NCBI RefSeq assembly: GCF_009914755.1
Contig: NC_060931.1
From: the human T2T-CHM13v2.0 reference genome, Homo sapiens
DNA length: 64,000 nt
Reading direction: 5' to 3' (one strand)
A program made the translations under genes and the position numbers. The notes beneath the pieces are model-generated. The model made no database searches. It was not told where the DNA came from and saw only the letters and a program-made list of their open reading frames with translations. Shown piece after piece: positions 51,758-64,000 of the stretch; position 1 is the first letter of the stretch, and every line of letters starts with the position of its first letter.

Positions 51758-52659
51758 CTAAAGGACAGACACAGGGAGTGAATGAATGACCCCTGCAGGC
51801 TGCAGCACATGGGCCTCCCCAGTATCACCAGGTATGTCCTCAAGGCCCTCCAAGTGAGGAAAACGGGCACCCAGATACAGAACCCTAGGAGGACTCCAAG
51901 ACTGACGCTGAAAGGGCTGTTAGATGTAACCTCATCCTCATTTTACAGGTGGATAAATGGAGGCACAGATTTGCCCTGGGTCTCACAGCCTGTAATGAGC
52001 ACAGTTTGGACTAAAATTCAAGACTATGGACTATTGCCCCATGGAATCGTTGAGCCTGAAAGATGAGTGGCTAAGTTGATCACAGATGAGGAAACTCAAA
52101 CCCAGCCAAATTAATACTTGCCCCTCACCCACTGGAAGTAAGAGGTGGGGTGAGAAAATCAGCCGTAGAGTGAAATCACTCCAATGTCCTACCACTGCTC
52201 AAGAAAAACATAACATAAACTTCGTAAAGAAAAAGACATCTCTCCCCCAAAATTGGCCCCTTATGATCATACACCTAACAGTCACAAGGTGCTTTTAGAA
52301 TACATCCTATTTGTTCTATACTAAATTATTTATTAACTTTTCCATAATTTCCACTTTTGAAGACAGTAGCTCACATCTGAATAATGTTTTACAGTTTGCC
52401 AAAGTATTTTTCACCTACATTTTCCCTTTAAATCCCTGCAGCAACCTTATGGGGTAGGCGTGGCCATAACCCCAGGAATTTAACGACAGCTTCCCAGGGG
52501 CGTGGGGGACACTTAAACATATGCATCAGTTGTAATACATCCCCCAGCCCAAATCATTTCAGAGAAGTTTAAATGTAAAATATTTTAAAATCATGTTACC
52601 TAGAGTCAAGGACATATTTTATTATCATCAGCATTTTACACATAAAAAAACCAACTCAG

Positions 52660-52960
52660 GTTAGGTATGGTGGTGGCTCATGCCTATAATCTCAACTCTG
52701 GGAGGCCAAGGTGGCAGGATCACTTGAGGCCAGGGGTTTGAGACCAGCCTAGGCAACACAGCCAAATGTCTCTACAAAAAAATTAGCTGGGCGTGGTGGT
52801 GAGCACTTGTAGTCCCAGATACTCGGGAGGTTGAGGCAGGAGGATTGCTTGAGGCCAGGAGGTCAAGGCTACAGTGAGTTAGGATTGCACCACTGTACTC
52901 TAGCCTGGGCAACAGAGTGAGACTCCGTCCTCAAAAAAGAAAGAAAGAAAGAAAAGAAAA
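52660..52960 (+). mobile_element. Alu SINE (AluJ-like)
   Basis: Diverged dimer with a (GAAA)n tail. Confidence 0.92.
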
Positions 52961-53526
52961 ATTCAGACACGATATTACTTATTCAAGAGAATAACACAGC
53001 TAATGACAAAATTCAGATAGAGATACACAAACTCCAACAGTCCCTCCTTACCTCCCGTCCGTCCCCACACGTACTTTTCTGTGTCTGCTTCTTGATTGGT
53101 CTCTCTCCTATCTCTCTCTAATAGAAACACACTCACGCTCATATTTAATAGGCGTTTATTGAGTACCAGGCATTCTTCTAAATTAAACATGTATTGTTTA
53201 ATTCTCATTAAAATCCTGAGAAAATGGAGGTACAAATTTTGGGGCTGGCCAAAGTTAAAGGTAATAATTTGAGAAGCGTGTGCTTTAATAGCAGAACACA
53301 GGTGCCTGCTACTCACTCAAAACAGGGGCTGCTGGTGTGGGTGGAGTGGGGTGCAGGCTCCTTCCCACAGGAACCAGGAAGTACAGCCTGCCATTGGCCA
53401 GAAGGCTGCTCAAAGCCAGGCCACGGATGGCTCTGTGTGGGAAGCTAACACACATGGACAGGGTGGGTGTCTGCAGAGGCAGATCTATGGTTTCTCAACC
53501 TTGGTAACCTGTTAAAAATCACCTGG

Positions 53527-54735
53527 GAATGAACCCGAAAACATTATGCTAAGTGAAAGAAGCCAGACACAAAAGGCCACATACTGTAGGATTCCAGGGA
53601 TATGGAAACCTCCGGCATAAGCAAATCCATACAGACAAGAAATAGACTACCTGTTGCCAGCGTGGGGGCAGTGGATGGATGAGGACAGGGTACGGAGAGT
53701 GACCGCTGATAGTTATGGGTTACTTTTTGGAGTGATGAAACTGTGCTGGAATTAGGTAGAGGTAATGGTTATGTTACCTGGTTAATATACTAAAAACAAC
53801 TAAATTGTAAACTTTAACATGATTACTTTTATAGGATGTGAATTATATTTCAAGAAAACATTAAATAAAAATATCTTTCTTGGGTATATATACAAAAGAA
53901 TTGAAGCTGGAGATGCGAACAGATATTTGTACACTCATATTCACAGAAGCATTAAGCATTATTCACAATAGACAAAAAGCACAAACAGCCTCAGTGTTCA
54001 TCACCAGACGATCTGATCAACAAAATGTAGTATATACATCCAATGGAATATTCATTCAGCAATAAAAAGGAATGAAATTTATTAGCCAGAAAAGAGGAAT
54101 TATTATTTTTTTTTTGAGATGATGTCTTGCTCTGTCATCCAGGCTAGAGTGCATTGGCGTGTTCTCAGCTCACTGCAACCTCTGTCCCCCGGGTTCAAGC
54201 GATTTCCCTGCCTCAGCTGAGATTACAGATGCGTACCACCACACCTGGCTAATTTTTGTGTTTTTAGTAGAGACAAGGTTTCACCATGTTGGCCAGGCTG
54301 ATCTTGAACTCCTGACCTCAGATTATCCACCTGCTTCAGCCTCCCAAAGTGCTGGGATTACAGGCGTGAGCCACCGCGCCCAGCTTGAAATTTTGATAAA
54401 TGCTAAAATACAAATAGACCTTGAAAACATTATGCTAAGTAAAATAAGACAGACACAGAGAGAGAAATATTGTATGATTCCACTCAAGTGAGGCACTTAG
54501 AATAGGCAAGTTGGTAGAGACAGAAAGAAAGGTGGTTGCCAGAGGTTGATAGGAGGGAGGAATCGGGAGTTATTGTGTAATGGGTTTATGTTGGGGATGA
54601 TGAAAGAGTTCTGAGTGTAGATGATAGTAATGGTTATACAACATTGTGAATATATTTGATGCCACTAAACTGTACACTTAAAATGGTTAACAAGGTAAAG
54701 ATGTTAAGTATATTTTACCACAAATTTTAAAAACT
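53527..54735 (+). mobile_element. Two adjacent L1MB-like 3'UTR fragments, the second interrupted by an Alu
   Basis: gaaaacattatgctaagt at 53537 and 54423; typical L1MB termini. Confidence 0.8.
54103..54384 (-). mobile_element. Alu SINE
   Basis: Antisense dimer with a short deletion. Confidence 0.93.
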
Positions 54736-55530
54736 TCTAACACTGAGCTAAGCAGTCACCAAATTTTGTCAATTCAAATATAATCTCCCCTCCAAGATGC
54801 ATTCAGGTGCAGGGCCTTCTCCAGGGCAAAAAGGAATGCATCTGGAACCACCCACATCCCTGGAATCTGATGTCAGCAGTCAAATGAACTCAGCCTCTCA
54901 GGCCCCGAGGATTCCAGGAACAAGAATTCCAACCAGTGTAGAGGTCGATTCACACCCAGTCAAGGAACCATGTAGCATCAGGTGAGTATGTCAGCTTCTA
55001 GGAAGTTAACGTGAGTCAGTCTCCCAGGTGCCTGATAACCTCTGGGGCACACACATTATTGAGGGCGTCAACAAGGAAACACTCTCTGTGTGCGTAGGAA
55101 GTTTTGTTTGTGTTTCTTTCTGCTGAATCCCTAACACTGTGAGCAGGGCCTGGTCATGAAGAAACTCAATAAATCTTTGACGGATGGATAGATGGAGTTT
55201 CTCGGCCTGCAAAAATGAAGATCAGAGCCTTGAACCATAGACCCCACCTACCCCAGGCAGCACCAAGGCCTCGAACCTCTATCCCTCTATCTTGCTCTGA
55301 CTTCCACAAAGCTATTTGTAGATTAAGTATAGAAATGAGTGCTGACCAGCAAATGGGCAGAAATAGTCCAACGTGGCTCCAACACCAACCTCCTCTCTGT
55401 ATAAACCCTTAACCAATGCAGAAGTCATCATTCTGTTCTCACCATGAGGATGCCTCCCTCAGAAGAGATACAGATGAGGAAAACTTAAAAGCGGCCAATA
55501 GCCCACCCAAGAAACTCTGCAGCTCCTGCT

Positions 55531-55728
55531 GGGGGTGGGTTTCCTCTGCTGGGGGTGGGTTTCCTCTGCGGGGGGTGGGTTTCCTCTGCGGAGAGTCAGT
55601 TTCCTCTGAAGGGGGTGGGTTTCCTCTGAAGGGGGTGGGTTTCCTCTGAGGGGGTGGGTTTCTTCTGAGGGGAGTGGGTTTCCTCTGAGGAAGGTGGGTT
55701 TCCTCTGAGCGGGTGTGTTTCCTCTGAG
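55531..55728. repeat. Minisatellite/VNTR, ~10 copies of a 20-bp unit GGGGGTGGGTTTCCTCTGNN
   Basis: Units start at 55531, 55551, 55571, 55591, 55611, 55631, ~55650, ~55670, ~55690 and ~55709. Confidence 0.95.
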
Positions 55729-57397
55729 AGCTCTAGGACTTCTAGTTTGAGGTCTCGGTTCTCCACATATGGGTATCAACAAGTCACTACCTAATGGGGA
55801 CTCATTCTTTCTGTCTGTCTAGGACACATATGGGTCAGAGAGCCCTGGGTCCAATTCCAGCTCCATCATGGATTAGCTATTGTGGCCTTGGACACACGGG
55901 TGGAACTCTCTGGGCCTCATTATATTTCTAAACAATGAGGGTAATGATGCCTCAGAAGACTGTTTCCAGGTTTGAATGAGTTCATGTGCAAGAAGTCCCA
56001 GACACACAGTGGGTAAAATGTAATTTATTAACTTTCCTCTCTTTCCTAAAAGGGTGCTCAAAAGGTAATCTGGAAGTTGAGTAACAGCAAACCATCGATG
56101 AAGTGATGCTTACACATCCTCGCAGGCAGAATCCATTCCCCACTTTGAGGCTGCAAACCCATCCAAGTGCCCTAATTTCAGGGCTGACCCATGGAACAAA
56201 GCAGATGGCAGAAAGATCCAGAACCTCTCCCAGGAGGCCTACCCTTTCCCCTCCACCAATCTTGCAGGGGAAAATGGCTGTGACAGAATGAAATGCTGAT
56301 AGAGGCTGAGAGCACACGGTCAGCCCACAATTCATTCCTTCCACAAATATTTGCCAAACATTCACAATGTGCCTGGCCCTGTGGTATGCAGTGAAGAAGC
56401 CACTAAGCAGACAGCTTCAGCATCCTGACCCCTCTCGGGTCAGCCCCTCAGGGATCAGCATGAGCTCCTATGTAACCCCCACAAAGAGGCCAAGGGTGCT
56501 GATCAGGAGAGGACAGAGGTAGACTCCACTCAAGAGCACTTGGGGTTTATACCTCAGGGTCACTCAGGGTGCCCTCCTCCCACAGCAACGTGATTCAGGA
56601 TGAAGCAGTCTCATTGCCCAGAAAATTTATGAGCCTTCGGCTGCTTCCCAGAGGCTTATATAATTCTTTGCAGAGCTCTGTCTCATACTTGATAGAAAGC
56701 CAAGAGGAAAAAAAGTAATTTAAGCAAATGTTTTCCATCAATGCATTATTTTCAAAGAAAGGAAAGATTAGTCCTCAGGCCATAAAGAAACAAGAACACT
56801 CAGAAAGTATTTATCTGTTTCTGTTTATATTTGACTAGAAGTAGAAATCCACACGATAAAAAGCAATAGAGCATCAAGACACTAGACAAGCAGGATGTGT
56901 GAAGAAAGGCCTGTCGAATGGATCTTAAGCTGTGATCTGTTGTGGTTTCATCAATCAGAAATTTAAGTCAGGGAGAAAAAAACATTTCTCCATTGTACAA
57001 CCTACCTTCCAACCAACTTGACGTTTCTTGGATCCTCTGGGATGAACACTACTGGGAAAACTCTCAAGATACATATGATGTATCAACAAAAAAACAGAAC
57101 AGAACTAACAAAATAAATGTACAGCCAGCAAGGCCAGCCTCCATCAGCAAAAGAATACGAAAACAAAATAAATACTGCATCAACTATTCCTAAGCGAGGG
57201 AGCAGCCATTAAAATACATAGCATAGAAAGTTGTTCACAACGTATCTGTTGTTCACCACAAATTGGATGAAGAGAGAAATCACAAAGTAATACGCATAGA
57301 CAATCCCGTGTTTGTCCGTATTGATTAGTGTAGGTGGGCATTTTTTTTTTAAACCTATACATACACTCAAAGGTACAGAAGGACATTCACTTCATGG

Positions 57398-58170
57398 CTG
57401 CATTTGTTTCCTACTGTTGCTGCAGCAAAATACCACAAACCTGTTGGCTTAAAACAACGCAAACGGATTCCCCTAATTCTGGAAGGCAGAAGCATAAATT
57501 CAAGGTATTGTTAGGGATATGTGTTCCTTTTGGAGGCTGCCGGGGAGAATGTGTTTCCATCTTTTCCAGCCTCTCGGGGCCACCTTCATTCCCTGACAGG
57601 GTCCTCCTTCTGTATCTTCTAAGTCAGCAGTTTAGCACTTTTTCCCCGGTCTGACCGCCTGCCTCCCTTTTACAAAGACTGTTGCAAGTATTTTGAGGCC
57701 ACCTGGATAATCTAGGATACTATTCCTATCTCAAGATCCTTTATCAAATCTGTAAAGTCCCTTTTATTAAGGTAACAGGAGGCTAGGCATGGTGGCTCAC
57801 ACCTGTCATCCCAGCACTTCAGAAGGCCAAGGTGGGAGGATTGCTTGAGCTCAGGAGTTCCAGACAGGCCTGGGAAACATAGCAAGACCATGTCTGTCTT
57901 TACAAAAAAAAAAAAAAAATTGCTTTTGAATTAGCCGTGCATGGTAGCACACACATGTAGTCCTAGCTACTCAGGAGGCTGATGCAGGAGGATCACTTTA
58001 ACACAGAAGCTGGAGGCTGCAGTGAGTTAGGAGCTTATCTTACCACCGCACTCCAGCCTGGGCAACAGAACAAGACTTTGTCTCAAAACAAAATAAAGTA
58101 AGGTAACATACTCACAGGTTCTGGGGATTAGAACATAGATACTTGGAGGGGCTGAATATTCTGCCTACCA
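57398..58170 (-). mobile_element. MLT1 (MaLR) LTR interrupted by an Alu
   Basis: caaaataccacaaacctgttggcttaaaacaac...ggttctggggattagaacatagat...ctgcctacca. Confidence 0.8.
57781..58098 (+). mobile_element. Alu SINE (AluJ-like)
   Basis: TSD taaggtaaca. Confidence 0.92.
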
Positions 58171-58196
58171 GATTAAGATTAACAATATTTATTTCT

Positions 58197-58512
58197 GGCA
58201 TGGCATGGCGCTCACATCTATAATCCCAGCACTTTGGGAAGCCAAGGTGGGCAGATCACTTGAGGCCAGGAGTTTGAAACTAGCCTGGCCAACACAGTGA
58301 AACCCCGTCTCCACTGAAAATTTAAAAAAAAATTAGCCAGGCGTGGTGGCACATGCCTGTAGTCCCAGCTACTTGGGAGGCTAAGGCATGAGACTCACCT
58401 GAACCCAGGAGGCAGAGGTTGCAGTGAGCCAAGATCGTGCCACTGTACTCCAGACTGGGTGACAGAATGAGACTCAAAAAAAAAAAAAAAAAAAGAAAAA
58501 AAGGAAAAAAAA
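58197..58512 (+). mobile_element. Alu SINE
   Basis: TSD aatatttatttct. Confidence 0.95.
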
Positions 58513-59019
58513 TATTTATTTCTGGGTGGCAGGATTTCTTTGCTTAACTGTATTTTCTTTTCCTAAGTCAACATGTATGATTTGTGTAACTTTTAAAAGG
58601 AAGTGTGGTATGAGGGTGACAAAAATGTTCTAAAACAGGATTATAGTGATGGCTACATAACCCACTAAATGTTCTAAAAGTCACTAAATTGTATACTTAA
58701 ATGGGTGAATTCTATAATACATAAAACAAAAACCAAAGAGGGGCTTTTGCACTTACTTTCAATGGCTCAGCCTAAAATAAATAAATAAATATAAAAAGAG
58801 ATCAAATATAGCAAAATGTTAACAATTGGCAACACAAAGTGGAATTCACTGTAACGTGCTTTCGACTTTGGTGTAGGATTTAACATTTTCAAAAGGTAAA
58901 GGAAAATGGGCAGAGAAACAAGGAGAAATAACAGGACAACTCTAGAAACTAAACCTATTTGGGGATTCCAGTCTTAAGCTGGACTTTAGCTTCAATATTT
59001 TGGCTCTCAAGAAGCTCTG

Positions 59020-59192
59020 TGCAGGGTGCGGTTGTGCGTGCCTGTAGTGCCAGCTACTCCGAAGGCTGAGGCAAGAGGATCACTTGAGGCCAAGAGTTCA
59101 GGCCATAGTACAAGATGATCACACACTACACTTTCCAGCCTGTTCGACAGAGGGAGACCCTATCTCAAAAAGAAAGAAGAAAAAGAAAAAGA
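59020..59192 (+). mobile_element. Alu monomer (FAM/FRAM-like)
   Basis: Single diverged arm with an A tail. Confidence 0.8.
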
Positions 59193-59259
59193 AGCCCTGT
59201 TCCAAGCAATGTGGAAGCAGCCACAGTTAGTGAGGAAGGCAGGTGAGGCTGATGCTCAC

Positions 59260-59405
59260 CTCTTCCTTCCTCTCCATACCCCAGGTGAGGGGGGACCACA
59301 ATCCTTCGCTTCTCTCCAATGCAAACACCAAGTAGACCTTCATCCATCCCAGGAATCACGTAGCCCTGCCCAATGTACGTGTCAAACGTGCGGTTCTGAG
59401 AGTAG
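59260..59405 (-). pseudogene. FKBP9P1: FKBP9P1 exon equivalent to FKBP9 exon 6 ([48 protein letters not shown])
   Basis: AG/GT boundaries, open frame. Confidence 0.93.
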
Positions 59406-59717
59406 CTAGAAAAGAAGAAAGGAAAGAAAGAGGTCATTCATGAGGGCCTCCACAGCAGCTGTGCAAATTAGTTGGGAAAGAGATGCAAAGGCACACAGAG
59501 GCCTCCAGACTCCGGAACAGCGTAAACCACAGTATCTGATGACACAGCCAGGAAACATGCTCCCCTGGAAGGGTAAATAGGAACCCCCACACAGCATGTG
59601 AACAGCCACCTGTAGAGACACGCCGTGTGGCCCTCCAGTTTCGTCAGGTTATGAATGCAGTGTGGGTTATGAGAAGCACCACACAGAAATGGAGCTAATG
59701 TAAATTGAACGCTATAC

Positions 59718-60014
59718 TTTCTTTTTCTGAGGCAAGGTCTCACTCTGTCACCCAGGCTGGTGTGCAGTGGCACCATCATAGACAGCTCACTGCAGCCTCA
59801 ACCTCCCAGGCTCAAGCAATCCTCCCACCTCAGCCTCCCAAGTAGCTGAGACTACAAGCACATGCTACCACACCTAGGTAATAAATTTTTTTTTTTGTAG
59901 AGATGGGGTCCCACTATGTTGCTCAGCCTGGTCTTGAGCTCCTGGATCACGTGATCCTCCTGCCTCGGCCTCCCAAAGTGCTGGGTTGACAGGCATGAGC
60001 CACCGTGCCCAGCC
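59718..60014 (-). mobile_element. Alu SINE (AluJ-like)
   Basis: Antisense dimer. Confidence 0.93.
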
Positions 60015-60062
60015 TGTACACTCTATAACCACGTCAAGTTAATGAAAACAATCAAGCTCTCA

Positions 60063-60272
60063 ACCAGCCTGGGCAACATGGCAAAACTCTGTCACTACAA
60101 AATTACAAAACTTAGCTGGATGTGGTGGCACACACCTATAGTCCCAGCTACTCAGGAGGCTGAAGTCAGAGGACTGCTTGTGCCGGAGAGGTTGAGGTTG
60201 CAGTGAGCCAAGATCACAAGACTGCACTCCAGCGTGGGTGACAGAGTGAGACCCTATCTTGAAAACAAAAAA
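60063..60272 (+). mobile_element. 5'-truncated Alu
   Basis: Starts accagcctgggcaacatgg. Confidence 0.9.
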
Positions 60273-60402
60273 CAGAATCGAACGTAGCCCTTATCAGAAA
60301 CTACGAATGTGTCACAAGGATAATGTCTCCAATATCTAAAGAGAAAATATCTGCATATGTGGGACATGAATATTCTGTTTTTATTTTCTAATTACTTTTT
60401 AA

Positions 60403-60697
60403 TTTTTTTTTTTTTTTGAGACAGGGTCTTGCTCTGTCTCCCAGGCTGGAGTGAAGTGGTCTGGTCTCAGCTCACTGCAGCCTCAACCTCCTGGGCTCAA
60501 GTGATCCTTCCACCTCAGCCCCTCAAGTGGCTGGGGCTACAGCATTCAATACCATGCCTGGCTCATTTTTGTATTTTTAGTAGAGACAGGGTTTCACCAC
60601 ATTGCCCAGGTTGGTCTCGAACTCCTGGGCTCAAGCGATCTGCCTGCGCTGGCCTCCGAAAGTGTGGAATTACAGGCCTGAGCCATAGCACCCAGCC
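60403..60697 (-). mobile_element. Alu SINE (AluJ-like)
   Basis: Antisense dimer. Confidence 0.93.
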
Positions 60698-61818
60698 TGA
60701 CATGAAGATTCCGATCGCCAGGAAAGCAGCATACACACTGAGAGTAATGAATTCCGCACTCTCCACCACAGCCCGACAAAAGGCCCCCACTATCATCCCT
60801 GCTCACCCCGCCACCCTGGTGAATACTTGGGTTTTCCAAGTGCTCCTGGCAGGAGCCCCAAGTCCACTCAGTGGAGAGATCCAGCCTGTGTGTAAACTGC
60901 CGAGTGAGTCTATTACCATGAGTTTGGTAAAAATAGGAATCAATTCCCCACAGCATAATGATTCCAGAATAAAATAATAAAACTTCATATGCCACAAGTC
61001 CACTATCAAACTGGACCACGTGACCTGCACCCCTTCCCCACACCACCTGGTGCCGATGAGGCAGAAAGCCTGTCCTGAAAGAGCCAATCGGTCCTGCCCT
61101 TCCCTCACCTCAAAGCCAGGGCATGATGCCCTGGAGAAGAGGGACCGCCAAGCGGGGCCAGGCTGATACACAGGCAGAGCTGTGGGGGTTCTCCCTTCTC
61201 AATACCCCTCAGAGACCACAAAGTCATGGGGCACAAAGAAAGAATCACAACAGATGTCTCTCCTCACCCAGGAAGCAGGAGATTGTCCACATAAACTCCC
61301 AGACGAGGCTGTGAGTCCCCCTTCCCACCCACTGAGAACAGCACCCCACGCTGAGCAGCTCCAGGCCTCCTCCTGGTGCACTGGCCAGGAAGGCCTGGAG
61401 GGGAACACAGCAGGGAAGAGGAGGACCGTGTCGGCTCCCAGCATGCTTCAGCCAGAGCAGGGCTCACCCTCCCGAGGTTCCCACCTGCAGGACCCTGGGG
61501 ATCACCAGCAATGTGCAGCCACTGCCAGACATTCAGGGAAGAGAAGGATACCTACGTGGTGGGCTCCCGACAAAGGGACACCAAGTAGTGAGAGAGATGG
61601 CAGGTACCCACAGCGGGGATTGCTGCCCACTGGAATAGTTGCAAAGATTCCATGGCAGAGGGGAGATAGCAGACACCGAAGGCTGTGGGATCTGCCTAAG
61701 GGAAGAGCAATGGTCTGGCAGCAAGGGCCAAGCCGAGAGGCAGGATATAAGAGCCTCAGAAGGAGAGACGGAATGGCGGGGTGGGCTTGAATTGTAGTGA
61801 ATGCTGAATAAAAGTTAA

Positions 61819-62319
<501 letters not shown>

Positions 62320-62462
62320 TGAAAAAAGAAATAATTAAGAATGCTGTTTTTAAGGTGCAGTATATAGCAAGCTATCATTCTTGTAAAAAATTAAGAAGGA
62401 AATATATACATATATGTACTTCATTATATATGTATGGAACACCTATGAAATTAATAACACTG

Positions 62463-62783
<321 letters not shown>

Positions 62784-63382
62784 TTAATAACACTGGTTCC
62801 CTACGAAGAGGGGAGGTGGGACAAGGATAGGAGGGAAATTTGTCATTGTATACCTTTTCATACTTCCAGGGTTTTAAATCATGTCAATGCATCACTTAGT
62901 AGAAAAAAAAGTTATTTTTTAAAAAAGAAAAAGAATGCCCTCTACTATACAAATTAAAAAGCTAACACTAGTTAATCATAGTTAAAGGTGTGATGCTGCC
63001 CTAGGAATAGATAGAAGGTAAAAGATAAAAATTCTACACAAAGACTCAAAAGTACATATAAGAATTTAGTTCATAACAAAAATCACCTTTTAGGGCAGTG
63101 AGGAAATGATAGAGTCATTCATGACGGATGTTGGAAAAACTAGCTAACCATATGGAAAAAAATAAAGTTAAATCCTTCCTGTCACAGTGATACCACAATA
63201 AATTCCAGATGGATTAAAGACTTAAATATGAAAGCATTTATGAGCATAGAGAGAAACTGCAGAACGTTGTTAACACTGGTTATCTCATGGTAGTGAGAAT
63301 GGAAGGGGCTGACAGGAAATTTACATTTTTTGCTATACATTTTTGCATTGTTTCCATTATGCAATTAGGACATATTATCTCT

Positions 63383-63864
<482 letters not shown>

Positions 63865-64000
63865 CTAATGTATTTAACAACATAAAAGGTTTACAGTTAA
63901 ATGGGCCAAAAATCAACATAACCAAAATTAACAAACAAATAAATTGAGGAAAATGAGGAAAATGTTTTTAATAATATGCAGCCATAAAATAATTAATATT

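Noticed and set aside
55416-55782. Repetitive-peptide ORFs over the VNTR
   Set aside because: They arise from the stop-poor 20-bp repeat, with no splice or homology support.

Overview
Primate (human-like) genomic DNA that is dominated by repeats and holds no clearly intact protein-coding gene. From left to right: an old minus-strand L1 5' part; a diverged AT-rich tandem array of six ~210-230 bp units (2320-4270); an ancient ~1.58 kb tandem duplication (4724-9255), whose first copy carries a full-length processed beta-tubulin class I pseudogene (TUBBP6-like, with TSDs and poly-A); and two abutting 3'-truncated L1s (11050-16097). Next is a 7-exon, 5'-truncated, disabled CCDC144/ANKRD26-family coiled-coil pseudogene on the minus strand (16986-38737), with L1-, LTR- and Alu-filled introns. 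Joined to it at a truncated Alu (~40525) are exons 6-10 plus the 3'UTR of the FKBP9 paralog FKBP9P1 (minus strand, ending QDEL), with a U6 retrocopy and a G-rich 20-bp VNTR in its introns. This fits the segmental-duplication mosaic at human 7p11.2; that location is recalled and was not verified by a search. I see no convincing new biological system. The best leads are the two unexplained tandem structures at 2.3-9.3 kb, the still-open FKBP9P1 reading frame, possible in-frame FKBP9P1-CCDC144-like read-through splicing, and several templated-insertion repair scars.
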